Positions 11,755 to 22,073 of a stretch of 36,862 bases of DNA are shown here, piece by piece. A program made the position numbers and the translations under genes. The notes under the pieces are model-generated. The model saw only the letters and a list, made by a program, of their open reading frames with translations, was not told the DNA's origin and made no database searches. Position 1 is the first letter of the stretch, and each line of letters opens with the position of its first letter. The DNA is from Catajapyx aquilonaris (taxonomy: Eukaryota), in contig JYFJ02003857.1 of the NCBI GenBank assembly GCA_000934665.2, forward strand, positions 1-36,862. Reading direction: 5' to 3'.

Positions 11755-13721
11755 TATATCATTAGAGAGACCAAGATTTGCAACATCCTGGGTTCACACG
11801 GGGATTTTTCCGAGAAGTGTCAGAAAAAAATTCGCCTTGCTGCGTAACGTCAACAACTAGTCAGAAAACGACACCTATCTTCCTTCTTCTTGCGATAAAA
11901 AATTACACCCTGATGAGAGGAAAACAACTTGCATACATATAACGTGAATTTAAACAAGCTTTCCAACAATATATAACTATTTTTTTTGGATCATTTGCCT
12001 GGCAGTTGTTTCGAGTCAAACACAGGGCTCTACATTAAATAAACATAGAGTAGGTCACTGTCAATTAATTAATATCATTATAATTATCAGTGGCACATGT
12101 CATTATAATAATAAATGCCATTCTGGTTTCATGACTTAAATGGTTAAAAAAGAATACAGTAAAATTGTCCATAAGGAATATAATGTCAATCCAATTTTAA
12201 TTTTTTTAGGGTCATTAGGGCACGCGTAATCAAATGGGCAAAAACCCGTAAAAGGTCCCACACATATGGACAAACGACCATATATCTCGTTAACTACGAG
12301 TACAACGCACATGGATACTTTTGATGTACGACTGGGCTGCCCAGGACTGAGAGATTGCGATAATAAAATGTTCAAATATTTGAAATGGAAATAAAGGCGT
12401 TATATTAATAGTTCAATGTTGAAAAACGATATTACTGCCATTGGACTACCTCTTTTGTCCTTGAAAATTTTATGCCGCATTATGTGCTTCATTTACCATT
12501 TTTACGGATTTTTCTAGAGTGGGATCTCCATCAGTTTCAGCGTAACAAAACCAAATAAGTCGGTAGGCACTGAATTCCAGTTGAGATTTTTCCACGGCTT
12601 GCAGGGTCGGCATTAAGGTCCATCTGGAGTAATTCAGAGGTGGAGAAACCCATGAAGATCGTCACCTGCCTCTGTTCGGAACCGGATCTGGGATGATACA
12701 ACGATCTAGGATTGCGACGCAAACGAATAAATTTGCGTTCGGAACACGGACTAGCGTTCGGTACTTCTGTATTTGGCTTGGTTTTTGTTAGCAGCATCGT
12801 GGGTTGCAGACACGTTGTGTGCACGCAAGGCTTATATTCCGATCCAGTAGTAGAAGTAGCCTTGGTGCACGATGCAGACAAGTCAATCGCGTGAGATAAT
12901 GGCCGGAAAGGGGGTGAAGAAGGCAAAGAATACGGATCCAGGTGGGGGACGATAAATCCGAAGGCGCCGTAGGGGTGTTGGCCACATTCCGCACTCTCCT
13001 CACAAGCCGAATGTTGTGCAGGAGCCTGGCTAACCTGTCTTCTATTTCCCCCTGCGCCTACTATCCTGCCTGATGCTCTGCTAGACTATTCCATGTTGCT
13101 ATGCCATAGATTGTCCTACCAGATTCCATTTCGAAGGCCCCTTTTAAAAATCGCGCCTCTCGGATGATGGAGCTCCAACCCCGTCTTTCTTAAAGTAAAT
13201 TAATTTACTTCGTGAAGTTCCATGAAGATAGCCACTGCCCAAATCAGGATACGCATATTTGTCCTGCTCCGTAAATATGTATGCCAGGACTGCACTGCCT
13301 CACATACGGCTGGATTAGCGGAGCTGAGTCCAGCCGCCATTGCCTGTCCGGGGTTAGCACGATGCAAAAGAAAGGGGGCCCTTGCACTAACTAAGTTTTG
13401 CCTTAGTGGACCACTTTAGCAGGATCGCACTAGGCCCGCACTAGGCCTAAAGCGCGACTCTGCATGCCACTTTTCTTAGTGAACTGGGTCACGTGGTTTA
13501 AAGCACTGCACTAAACTCTTGTTGTTGACTCTGAATACGTCCCTATGAGTGGATTTTGTACTGTACACTTTGTTGAACTGCGTTGTAATTAATCCACATA
13601 ATTAAAACGACGTTAGCATGACAACCGTGGCAACAATGCTTGATTGTTGCTGATTGTAGCTCAATAATTACAACCCCATCTTTGCACTGCCTGTTTCCAA
13701 CATTCAATCATTGGTGATATT

Positions 13722-14187
13722 AGGCGTATTCGGCAATTCAGATTTTTCTGAGATGCGTCACGTGATATCTGAGTTGTTAGCCCTGCCCCTCAGAAGATTA
13801 TTGCCGAACGGCCGAACTGAGAGACCCCCCCTACCCGCCATTTGTGCTGCATCCCAGTGATGCCAATGTTCGGGTATTTCGGTGCCGTATTTCGGACGCT
13901 TGCGGGTAATGGTGAGGGTAAAATGAAAATGCTGGTAAAATCGGGTATTTTGAGATCCTCTCGCGGGGTTTTTGGGCATTTTGCATTGGCAATACTGCTG
14001 CATCCATAACAATAATTTGTTTGTTAATTGTTTCTCAGCAAGTAAGTCAGGTCAGGAGTACACTAAGTTCCTGAGCTTGGGAAGTCAGGTAGGGCGCATG
14101 CGCACTTACTTCAGGGGGCGTGGCACCTGATTTGCCGAACATCCAAACAGCCCAGGAAGTCAGATTCCTGAATTGCCGAATACGCCT
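13722..14187. mobile_element. PIF/Harbinger-like MITE
   Basis: AGGCGTATTCGGCAATTCAG ... CTGAATTGCCGAATACGCCT with a 3-bp TSD ATT on both sides. Confidence 0.85.
13855..13997. mobile_element. 143-bp hAT MITE nested in the Harbinger-like MITE
   Basis: CAGTGATGCCAATG ... CATTGGCAATACTG with a perfect 8-bp TSD CTGCATCC (13847-13854, 13998-14005). Confidence 0.88.
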
Positions 14188-14826
14188 ATTATGAAACTAT
14201 GGATGTTGATGAATGTCACTGTTGCCATGGTAATGTAATCAACAACTGTCATAGCCTAGCCACACTAGATTACATTTTCCTAGCAGCCCATAATTATAGG
14301 GAACATCAATTTTCTCGCGAACAAGCATTCAGAAAAGTCTTTTATCTCAATTTTTGTGTTTAGGGACGTAATATGAACTAATAGAAACGAAAAAAGTTCA
14401 AAAATTCAACAAAAACTTTTCCCGGCATATCTGGGTTAATACAACAGCTTGATTTCAATTTCGAAAATTCCAACGTTCAATTATCGCAACCTCTCAATCC
14501 TGGACAGCAGAGTCGTACATCAAGAGTATCGGTGTGCCTTGTAGTTAACGAGATATAGGGTCGTTCGTCCACGTACGCAGGACCTTTTATGGGTTTTTGC
14601 CCATTTAATTACGCGTGCCCTAATGACCCTACAAGAATTTTAAAATTTGATTGGTATTGTATTCTTATGGACACTACCAAATTTTATCAAGATCAAAAAA
14701 TATGGGGTGAACTTTGAATTTTATTTTGCATGATCAGTTGTGGAATTGCCCCTAAAAGGCACATATGCAGTGGGTAGGTTACAATTCCAAGAGTTGAGAC
14801 AAGTAGCAACTGGTGCATTTTTTACA

Positions 14827-15375
14827 CAGTTGACTCCAGACTTCAAGGTACTGCGGAAAAAAGTCTGTTATAACCGAATGTCTGTTATAGCCAAATCACC
14901 AATTTTGCAACGAACACACAAGTTTTCTGATTCCATTTGCTTATACTAATGCACACTACTGCATTTTGTAAATGAACCTATCCACGAAAATGCAAAATTA
15001 GCTCACCCATCCATTAGGCAGGACCAAAAAAAAATCAGTAATTTTCTTCTGCTGTCTCTTCAATGTTACCAAATATACCAGAAAAAGTATGATTCTCAAT
15101 AGCTTAGATCAGTGACAGATGCGAAAATCACCCCTCTCCACTATTCCCTGCCGCACTATGCGTGGAAAAAGAATTCGAATAATCAAAAACCGCATCTTTT
15201 TCCTCTGAAAGGTCAAAAAAATTGTATGTTACAGCCAAGGCAAGGTGAAAATTAGTCTGTTATATGATGAGTAAAAATACACAGGGTGTTACGGAAGTAT
15301 GGTGGGACCGGCCTTTCAAGTCTGTTATAACCAAAAGTCCGTTTTAACCGCGGCTGTTCTAACCGGAGTCAACTG
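14827..15375. mobile_element. pogo/Tigger-like MITE
   Basis: CAGTTGACTCC ... GGAGTCAACTG|TA, with repeated GTCTGTTATAACC subterminal motifs near both ends. Confidence 0.8.
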
Positions 15376-15793
15376 TAGTTACTTTAAGTGGTGATCAAAA
15401 GTAGGTATTGGTTGCTAATATTAGGCCAAATTTAATCATGTCTCCAAGCTCTTCATTGAAATGAACTTCTAGTTGGGAAGGGCCTGTTAGAACAGTTGGC
15501 ATTGACAGTCAACTACACAACACATTTTTTAAAGATAAATCTGCCATTTAAAAGGATGGATCCATGCAACCTAATACTGGCAGCACACTTTTAAAAACCA
15601 CTAAAAATAACTATGTAAAAGTGACCACTTAAAATTAAGCAGTTATTGCCAAAAATTGCTAAACAAAATTAAAATTTCATTTGGAACACTCTGTATACAT
15701 GGCTGAGGACTTCAAAAAGTGGTTCCATCTACTGGAATCACACAAACAGTTCCTAACAAGTCAAAATTCCCAGAAAGATACGCTCATAATTAC

Positions 15794-16174
15794 CTCCTGC
15801 TGCACAAAGTCAATGAGATTCTGAAGGTCTGTGTCGTCCCTGTACTTCTCAATGACAGACTCTGTGAGAACCTCCTCGACGTAGCCCTGGGCCTTGTGGG
15901 GGAAGACAAATCCAACTACAGCAACCCCCATCTCACAGAGAAAGAAGAGCAGCAGGCAGAGGGAGTAGAACTTGAGGAGGCAGGTGTTCTCTCTCAGGGC
16001 CCCGATGCACCCAGCAAAGCTCACCACGAAAACCACGCTGCCCACTATTATCATCACAAGGGCAATGTTCAGGAGGACGTCAAATGCATTCTCCACAGTC
16101 ACTCTGCCACCTGAAGACACCCACTTGTCTACAAATGCATACAGGCCCACGCCAACCAGCAATCCACCAAGAAT
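15794..16174 (-). CDS. TspanC8 tetraspanin coding exon 2: end of TM1, small loop, TM2, TM3, start of large extracellular loop
   Basis: Acceptor TTTCCTTTGCAG|ATT, donor GAG|GTAATT; 381 nt, phase 0/0. Encodes FAGCIGALRENTCLLKFY and YRDDTDLQNLIDFVQQE, typical TspanC8 motifs. Confidence 0.96.
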
Positions 16175-16379
16175 CTGCAAAGGAAAATGATTGCAATTAT
16201 TAGTTAACCTCAATAATTAGACTGATGCCTTTTTGCATTCTTGGCTGCTCATTTTTGGGATGAGGTCAGCATGTTGTTATTGATGTGTAAAAGGTCAGTG
16301 TATTCAACATCCACATCTTGGGCACATCTAAAAAGCATCAGCAGCTTGGGCCATCACAGGTCTTTACCACAAGACACGC

Positions 16380-16618
16380 CGGCTGCGGGGCCCCTACAAG
16401 TTCAATTATCAAAGGACAGCAAATGAATTTCAAGTCGCCCGCGGACTCGTGTGATAAAGGTATACAACCTTCTGCATAATGTGAAATTGTCATTGTGGTG
16501 CTATGTGTAATGGCTGGCCCTCCGAGTCAAAGATGCAGCCCTACTCTCTGGGCCCCGAAATTTGTAGGGGCCTCGCTGAAGCTGCTTGTATAGTCTATTT
16601 CCGCTAATGCAACCACTG
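16380..16618. mobile_element. Degenerate GGGGCCCC-motif hAT-like MITE remnant
   Basis: Repeated GGGGCCCC motifs and a TAATGCAACCACTG end. Left end and TSD not found. Confidence 0.35.
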
Positions 16619-17224
16619 AATTCGCCTCCTATACATTAGATAAAAATACTGGACCCTGTGTTTCACTGCAAATACATATATCCCGAATGAAAAATCCAAA
16701 ATATCCATGCAGTGTCATTGGAGACCTAGTTTAAATATGTGGAACATATATCTATGAATGGCCACATTCACTCTAATCCTCTACTTATAACATAGAAAGG
16801 TTTTTTGATGGCCCTGCAAGATGAAGCTCATTAATTTTGAGAATTTTTCAGGGAAATAAATGCTCAATTTTTAAAAAATTGCTATTTAAACCACCGATGG
16901 TGCCAACATTTTCAGGTCGCCCTTTGTCATTATAATCGTGCTATTTTTGATAGTTAAATTGTAATTAAGACAAGAAAACCTAGGTATCCCCGTCTATTCA
17001 GTGATTTCAACGTCACGATATCTAAGTTATTTCCATGCAGCCCATCCATTCCCGCATTTATTTGCAATTTACTAATATACATCAGTACATTAATTCGCAT
17101 CGTCTTACATCTTGCCTCCCCTTCCATCTCCTCCTTCGGTCTCCTTTTTCCTGTACGTGCTCGTACCTTTTACCAGTACGCGGTAAAGGTAAAAAATTTT
17201 AAAGGTCCGGTTTTAAAAGCTCCT

Positions 17225-17422
17225 TTTAAACAGGACTTTTGAAAAAAATAACGGACACTTAATGTTTTCATAATTCACCAGAGGGACTTGGCTCTGGGCA
17301 ATCATAGAATTATTTTTTTGAGGGGTGGAAGCCACCTAAAATAACCAATGGTGCCAGATATAGTGATTTTCACCTAGGGCGATACATTTAAACCCCCACC
17401 CAATCCAGCGGGAGACAAAGGG
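17225..17422 (-). mobile_element. Second, oppositely oriented partial copy of the 9107-9952 piggyBac-like family (intron 1)
   Basis: Ends GCGGGAGACAAAGGG|TTAA. TTTTCACCTAGGGCG..TTTAAACCCCCACCCAA mirrors ~9135-9175, and AACGGACAC..ATGTTTTCATAATTCA mirrors ~9410-9437. Confidence 0.85.
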
Positions 17423-17591
17423 TTAAAGGGACAAAATACACCAAGGAGTGAACAGGTGGTGTTGTGGAATTACTGCATCTGTTGCCATATACTACTAATA
17501 AAAGACTAGTTTATTACTGTCATTACTGTTATTACTGTTATTGACACTACACTGCACCACTTTCAGTGCATCAATGCAAAGCTGGCATCTA

Positions 17592-17982
17592 CCGTATTTA
17601 CGCGCATATAAGACGCACCCTGGTTTTGAGACGAAAAATCGTGGAAAATCGGTTGTTACTTATATAAGACGCACCCAGATTTATTGCCGTAGTTTGGGAA
17701 CTGGCCTCGAGCTGCCGGCAGCAACCTCGTGTGCAATGCATGATCTATGCGTGTGCGTGTGGAATCCATTAGAATCCAGTAGGGGNAAGGGGGGGCAAGT
17801 GGAAAATGGGACAATGCTACGCATCTGAAAGGTATAGGTGGCAAGGTCACACCAGAATTGTGCACGTGTGTGGACGATTTCTCACGGGTTTCACCCGTTG
17901 TGCCCTGCCGTATAAGACGCACCCTACTTTTTGAGCTACGAAAATCGGAAAAAAGGTGCGTCTTACATGCGCGTAAATACGG
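17592..17982. mobile_element. pogo/Tc2-like MITE
   Basis: TA|CCGTATTTACGCGCATATAAGACGCACC ... GGTGCGTCTTACATGCGCGTAAATACGG|TA, with internal TATAAGACGCACCC repeats. Confidence 0.92.
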
Positions 17983-19795
17983 TAGTTATTCTAATTTACG
18001 AAACCCTGCAGTGCATTTCACAGCAAAAGAGAAAACAGTGTTTGTGGGACACATTGTTCTGGCTAACATAGGCCGCCATGCCCTCCCAATGGCAGCCCAA
18101 ATGCCACTTCAATTACCCAAACATTGTTTAAAAAAACATGTCAGATACCGTGGTTTTGATGGAAAGACACTCTTTCAACCCCCACTCATCATTGTGGATG
18201 GCCAAATAACCGTCCTTCGCCCAACAATGACTTGATTACTCCCCCCATCGCATGCAATTTCCAAGATGGCGGTGCCCAGGTCGGAGTGAATATTCCAGAA
18301 TACTCGATACAGAGGCCTTAAATGCATTTTATTGTTGTAAGGAGGGGCGTTTTCGACCATGAGCCTGCTGGGCAGTTGCCCCAAGGCCTCACGAGCATAG
18401 GGGGGTCCATGCTAATGTAGTGCCTTGATGGCCATAAGTGCTAGGCTATACTGTACCAAAGTATGTGATGTACTAGTGATGTCGTACCAGTACCTGTGGC
18501 CCATGGAGCTTGAATAGTACACCAACAGTGATCAAGAATGACCTCATTCATGAAGTATGAGCATTATTACTTCCCTAAAATTAATCATTACTGCAATTCG
18601 ACGCATCAGATCGCATAGAAAATGGCATGATTTGCGTTGCCTGTGCAATGTGACTCAATGCAACAATAAATCATGCCGACGTTACACAGAAATTGCATGA
18701 ATTGTGCTCGGCCTAAAACTTCCATTGCAACAACCCAGCAACTACAGAATTACTAATATAGAGATCTTCTTTCTTTAAAACTGCTGGGTGCAGGAATCCA
18801 GTGTCTAGCTGGCCGCTGGCTCAGGAACACATATGCAACAAGTGGCCAGGAGCACCTGTCTTGGGAAGCTGCTCAGAATTCCCATTTCGGAAGGAACCAG
18901 GGATCTGGCCTTGCACACGAGGTGGGAAAAAATGGGTGCCCAGCGTGGGAGAGTCTTGGCTGCCCCCTCTCCCAACAATGAACTCCTTCGGAGAAAGAGC
19001 CAGACACTGATCCACCCCGTGACAACAACAGTGTTTACACATCCTCCTGGGCTGGTAGCCAGCCAAGTGCCAAGCTCCCATGCCCATCAGTTCTGACAAA
19101 GACTGCAGATCACTCAAAGACAGCCCAATAATAGGAACCTAGCCATTATGGCAATCACAGCTTTAAAACTACTTCTGGACAGGCAGACACTCGTTTCATC
19201 ACTAGGCTGCGGGAAAACTCCTCGAGTCATCCACAAGGTCAGGTTAAAAAAATTGCAAATGTGCTCCTGCCATGTAATCTCCCAAAAATTGGTGTCCCCG
19301 CAAGAACCCATTGTACTTGATTTCATTGACTCACTCATCAACATCAGGATCTATTGTTAGTCGGACAGAGTGATGGAATCTCCTACAACGTGTGGCGGTA
19401 TTTAATAATTATGCTAGCATGTGAATTTCTGCTGCCAACTGAGGCAACCACACTTTAGAAATTGATGAAAGCAGTATTGAGGGGGGAAATCAAGTGCTTA
19501 GAGGTAGGTAAGATTGTCATACATCCAGGGTCAGCACAGAAGCACCCCTCTCCACAACAATGGTGGCAGAACATGTACTATATCACTCAAAAAGATGAGC
19601 CGATTTTGCATTTGGTTTCAAAGCAAAATGGCCTCCCATCTTTTTGAGGAATGTGGTACATCCCTGCAGCTGCCTGCAGTACGTGTCGCAGGCAGTGTGC
19701 AGCATGTAATAATGTCCCTTGTTTGGCCTGCTGTTTGGTACAGCAAATAATGTAGGTAGGTTATTGATCTAGGGAGTAATTGATGGCATACAAAC

Positions 19796-20173
19796 CCAGA
19801 AGAGGAAGTTGAAGAAGAACATGAGGTACTTGACGCAGGAGGAGACGTATGTGAAGTCCCTGGGCCTGTACCTGAGCACCATCCCTCCTGGTCCGCCTCC
19901 TCCATGGTGGTGGTGGTGAGAGGAGGGTGTGGCGGAGGAGGGATGGTGGTGGCCGTGGTGTGGTGCAGAGGAGGAGGAGGGCGGTCGTGGGTCTCCCCTG
20001 GGTCTGGGCTGCCCTGGGCGCGGTTGCTGCGGTGGTGGCTTGACGGATGGTCCTCCTCCGGCTCCTGGAGTGCTGGTGGCGGCAGTGCCCGGAGGGTGTG
20101 GGTTGTTGTAGGGTGGGGCAGTGGGACGTGGGTGGTTGGGTTGGGATGACGAGGAGGAGGAGGCTGGCCTCAT
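19796..20173 (-). CDS. TspanC8 tetraspanin (Tsp86D/Tsp3A/TSPAN33-like), coding exon 1: Pro/His-rich N-terminus and start of TM1
   Basis: GCCATG start with an in-frame upstream TAG (~20267-20269). Ends ...RDFTYVSSCVKYLMFFFNFLFW, the typical tetraspanin pre-TM1/TM1 motif, then donor TGG|GTTTGT. 378 nt, phase 0. The start position is less certain than the 3' part. Confidence 0.88.
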
Positions 20174-21717
20174 GGCACTGTGGTGGTGGGGTGGCAGAGG
20201 TGGGCGACCTCTCTCCTTCTCAATGGGGGCAGCGGCAGCAGCAGCTACTCTACTGCCTGGATGCGACTACTTGGTCCAGGCCCGGGGTGGATGCTGTTTC
20301 CCTGTTCCTCTTAAGCCTGGTATACAGCCAGCCTCTCTACAGCTGCAGGGAGCTTGCCTCCAACTCTCTCTCCGCTCTCCCTCTCAATGGTGGTGGGCAT
20401 TCATCCAGCAGTGCAGGCCCCCCTCTCTCTACCAACTACTGCTGCTCCAGTTGTTGTGACCGAGGACCGATGAGTGGGTCGTCTTTCGCAAATTCGCTTG
20501 CTCTCGGTGGGCGCCCACAGCCTCTAGAGTCTCCCTTATTATCCCTTCTTCTTCTTGGCCCACCTTCCTCCCTTGGTTCCTCCCCGGTTCTCCTCTTCCT
20601 CCTTCCTTCCTTCCTTCCCAAAGACTACACCCTAAAACAACAGCTGCGCGAAACCGCAGCGAGAGTGACCCATTCCAGCTGCTACAAAAATAACTAATTC
20701 ACGATCAGTACGCAACCTCCTATTTCTCTCTCATATGACTCATATATCTTATACATGAATGTCCGGTCGTGGACCGGTCTGCTCTCCTTCCTGCCCGATG
20801 GGCGTGAGAAACCGACTGTCTGTGACTCCTTTACGTGTGTGGCTATAGCTCTGTAGCGACAAGCTGCTGGCTATAATAATTATTATATCGCGGCCTGTGC
20901 TGTGCAGTTGGGTGCTGCTGCCATCTCGCGCCACAATTGAGTCAAGCTTGTGGGAATGGCGCGCCAAACAAACAAACAAAAAAAAAAAACATCCACCGAT
21001 TCACAGGACCGGGGCCAAATGAAATATTACTGTATTAATATTCAAAATCTAATAAGGCCAGGTGGTGTGGCAGACTCCCTCCTCAGCACTCCCCCCTCCT
21101 GTCGTCCCATTCTCAGACGCTCACTTATCACCGATGATATCCGCGGAAATAATAAAGGATTGGAACGTAATAATTCCCGCGGGTGTAAACGGGAGCCCCG
21201 CCCAATATTCCAAAGCTCCATCTCTATATTTATGACAACCAGCAAACCCCATCCTCGTATCTCGTGTTCGTAATATTCATTTCGGTTATCTTGATGCCAA
21301 TATTACTGTATTACATCATTATAACCTTCTTCGTGCTTCTTCTTCATGTCTACTGCAGTAGGAAAACAAGACTTGCTGCATACTAATGCATATCTCAGTC
21401 GTCGTCATCAACATCGTCGTTGTTGTCATCACATTCACTGATCATGTCCCAGGGAAAAACCACAGCAGGTATGGAAAAAGACCAAAATAGAGAGAAAAGG
21501 ATCTGTTCCTCAGAAAGTACGCATACTTACAGTATGATATCTGATGGTAAAGTGACCGTGACGACCGAGCTCTTGATGAAAGGGTCCATAAACTCGACAA
21601 AGAAAGAGAGCGGAAGGAAAGGTACAAAGAGCCAACGGCCACTAAATACAAGTAGGTAGTATACTTGGACAACTAGGTTATAATACTGTACATGCAATCA
21701 TACAGTAGACCTATACA

Positions 21718-22073
21718 CAGGGTGTTCCCGAATTCGTCTGCCAAAATGATGCGGGTGGTAGGGGTGCGTATGGAATAAGCACGACGACATATAGAGGTCC
21801 GAAAGGTCGGCGACGACATTGACGTCGACGATGTCTATCCTGCGACAGGTATATGGATACCTCCGCGCATGCCTGCATCGCTGGTTGCCGGTGGCCAGGC
21901 GCTCACACTCCCAGACCATTGCTCAAACGCCAGAAATGCAGGAATGCGGGGGTATCCATACTCGTCAGGATAGTCATCGTCGATGTCAAAGGTCGACATC
22001 TCCTAGAAGTAGTTTCGACAAGCATCCCCCTACCACCCATACAATTTTGGAAGACGAATTCGGGAACATCCTG
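21718..22073. mobile_element. Palindromic Tc1/mariner MITE (CAGGGTG type)
   Basis: CAGGGTGTTCCCGAATTCGTCTGCCAAAAT ... ATTTTGGAAGACGAATTCGGGAACATCCTG|TA; imperfect arms extend about 150 bp. Confidence 0.88.

Larger units (their letters stand above)
8596..12050. mobile_element. Large fold-back element (TA-flanked, probably Tc1/mariner-derived) in intron 2, host to nested insertions
   Basis: Outer arms 8596-8700 and ~11950-12050 (TGTGTTTGACACGAAACTGCCAGGCAAATGATCC and its reverse complement). Inner arms ~8890-9106 plus 9953-10004 pair with 10044-10279 plus 11755-11783, leaving a ~39-nt loop. TA at both ends. Confidence 0.85.
12165..14672. repeat. Diverged ~240-bp inverted repeat pair (12165-12408 and 14436-14672), probably an old TIR element
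   Basis: TAGGGTCATTAGGGCACGCGTAAT...AAATGGGCAAAAACCC mirrors GGGTTTTTGCCCATTTAATTACGCGTGCCCTAATGACCCTA. True termini and TSD were not resolved. Confidence 0.8.

Noticed and set aside
12537..12926. THAP-domain ORF (PCSERKF)
   Set aside because: It lacks the THAP C2CH, W and AVP pattern.
18800..19400. HARBI1-like or retroelement coding remnant (KWPG, LRGHQFLGD)
   Set aside because: The motifs are short, on opposite strands and not colinear.
20105..20125. PPxY WW-domain ligand in the tetraspanin N-tail
   Set aside because: The sequence is PTAPPY (APPY), which does not fit PPxY or LPxY.
20047..20697. 216-aa plus-strand ORF and other long ORFs at 24-31 kb
   Set aside because: These are low-complexity GC-rich or antisense shadows with no recognisable domains or splice support.
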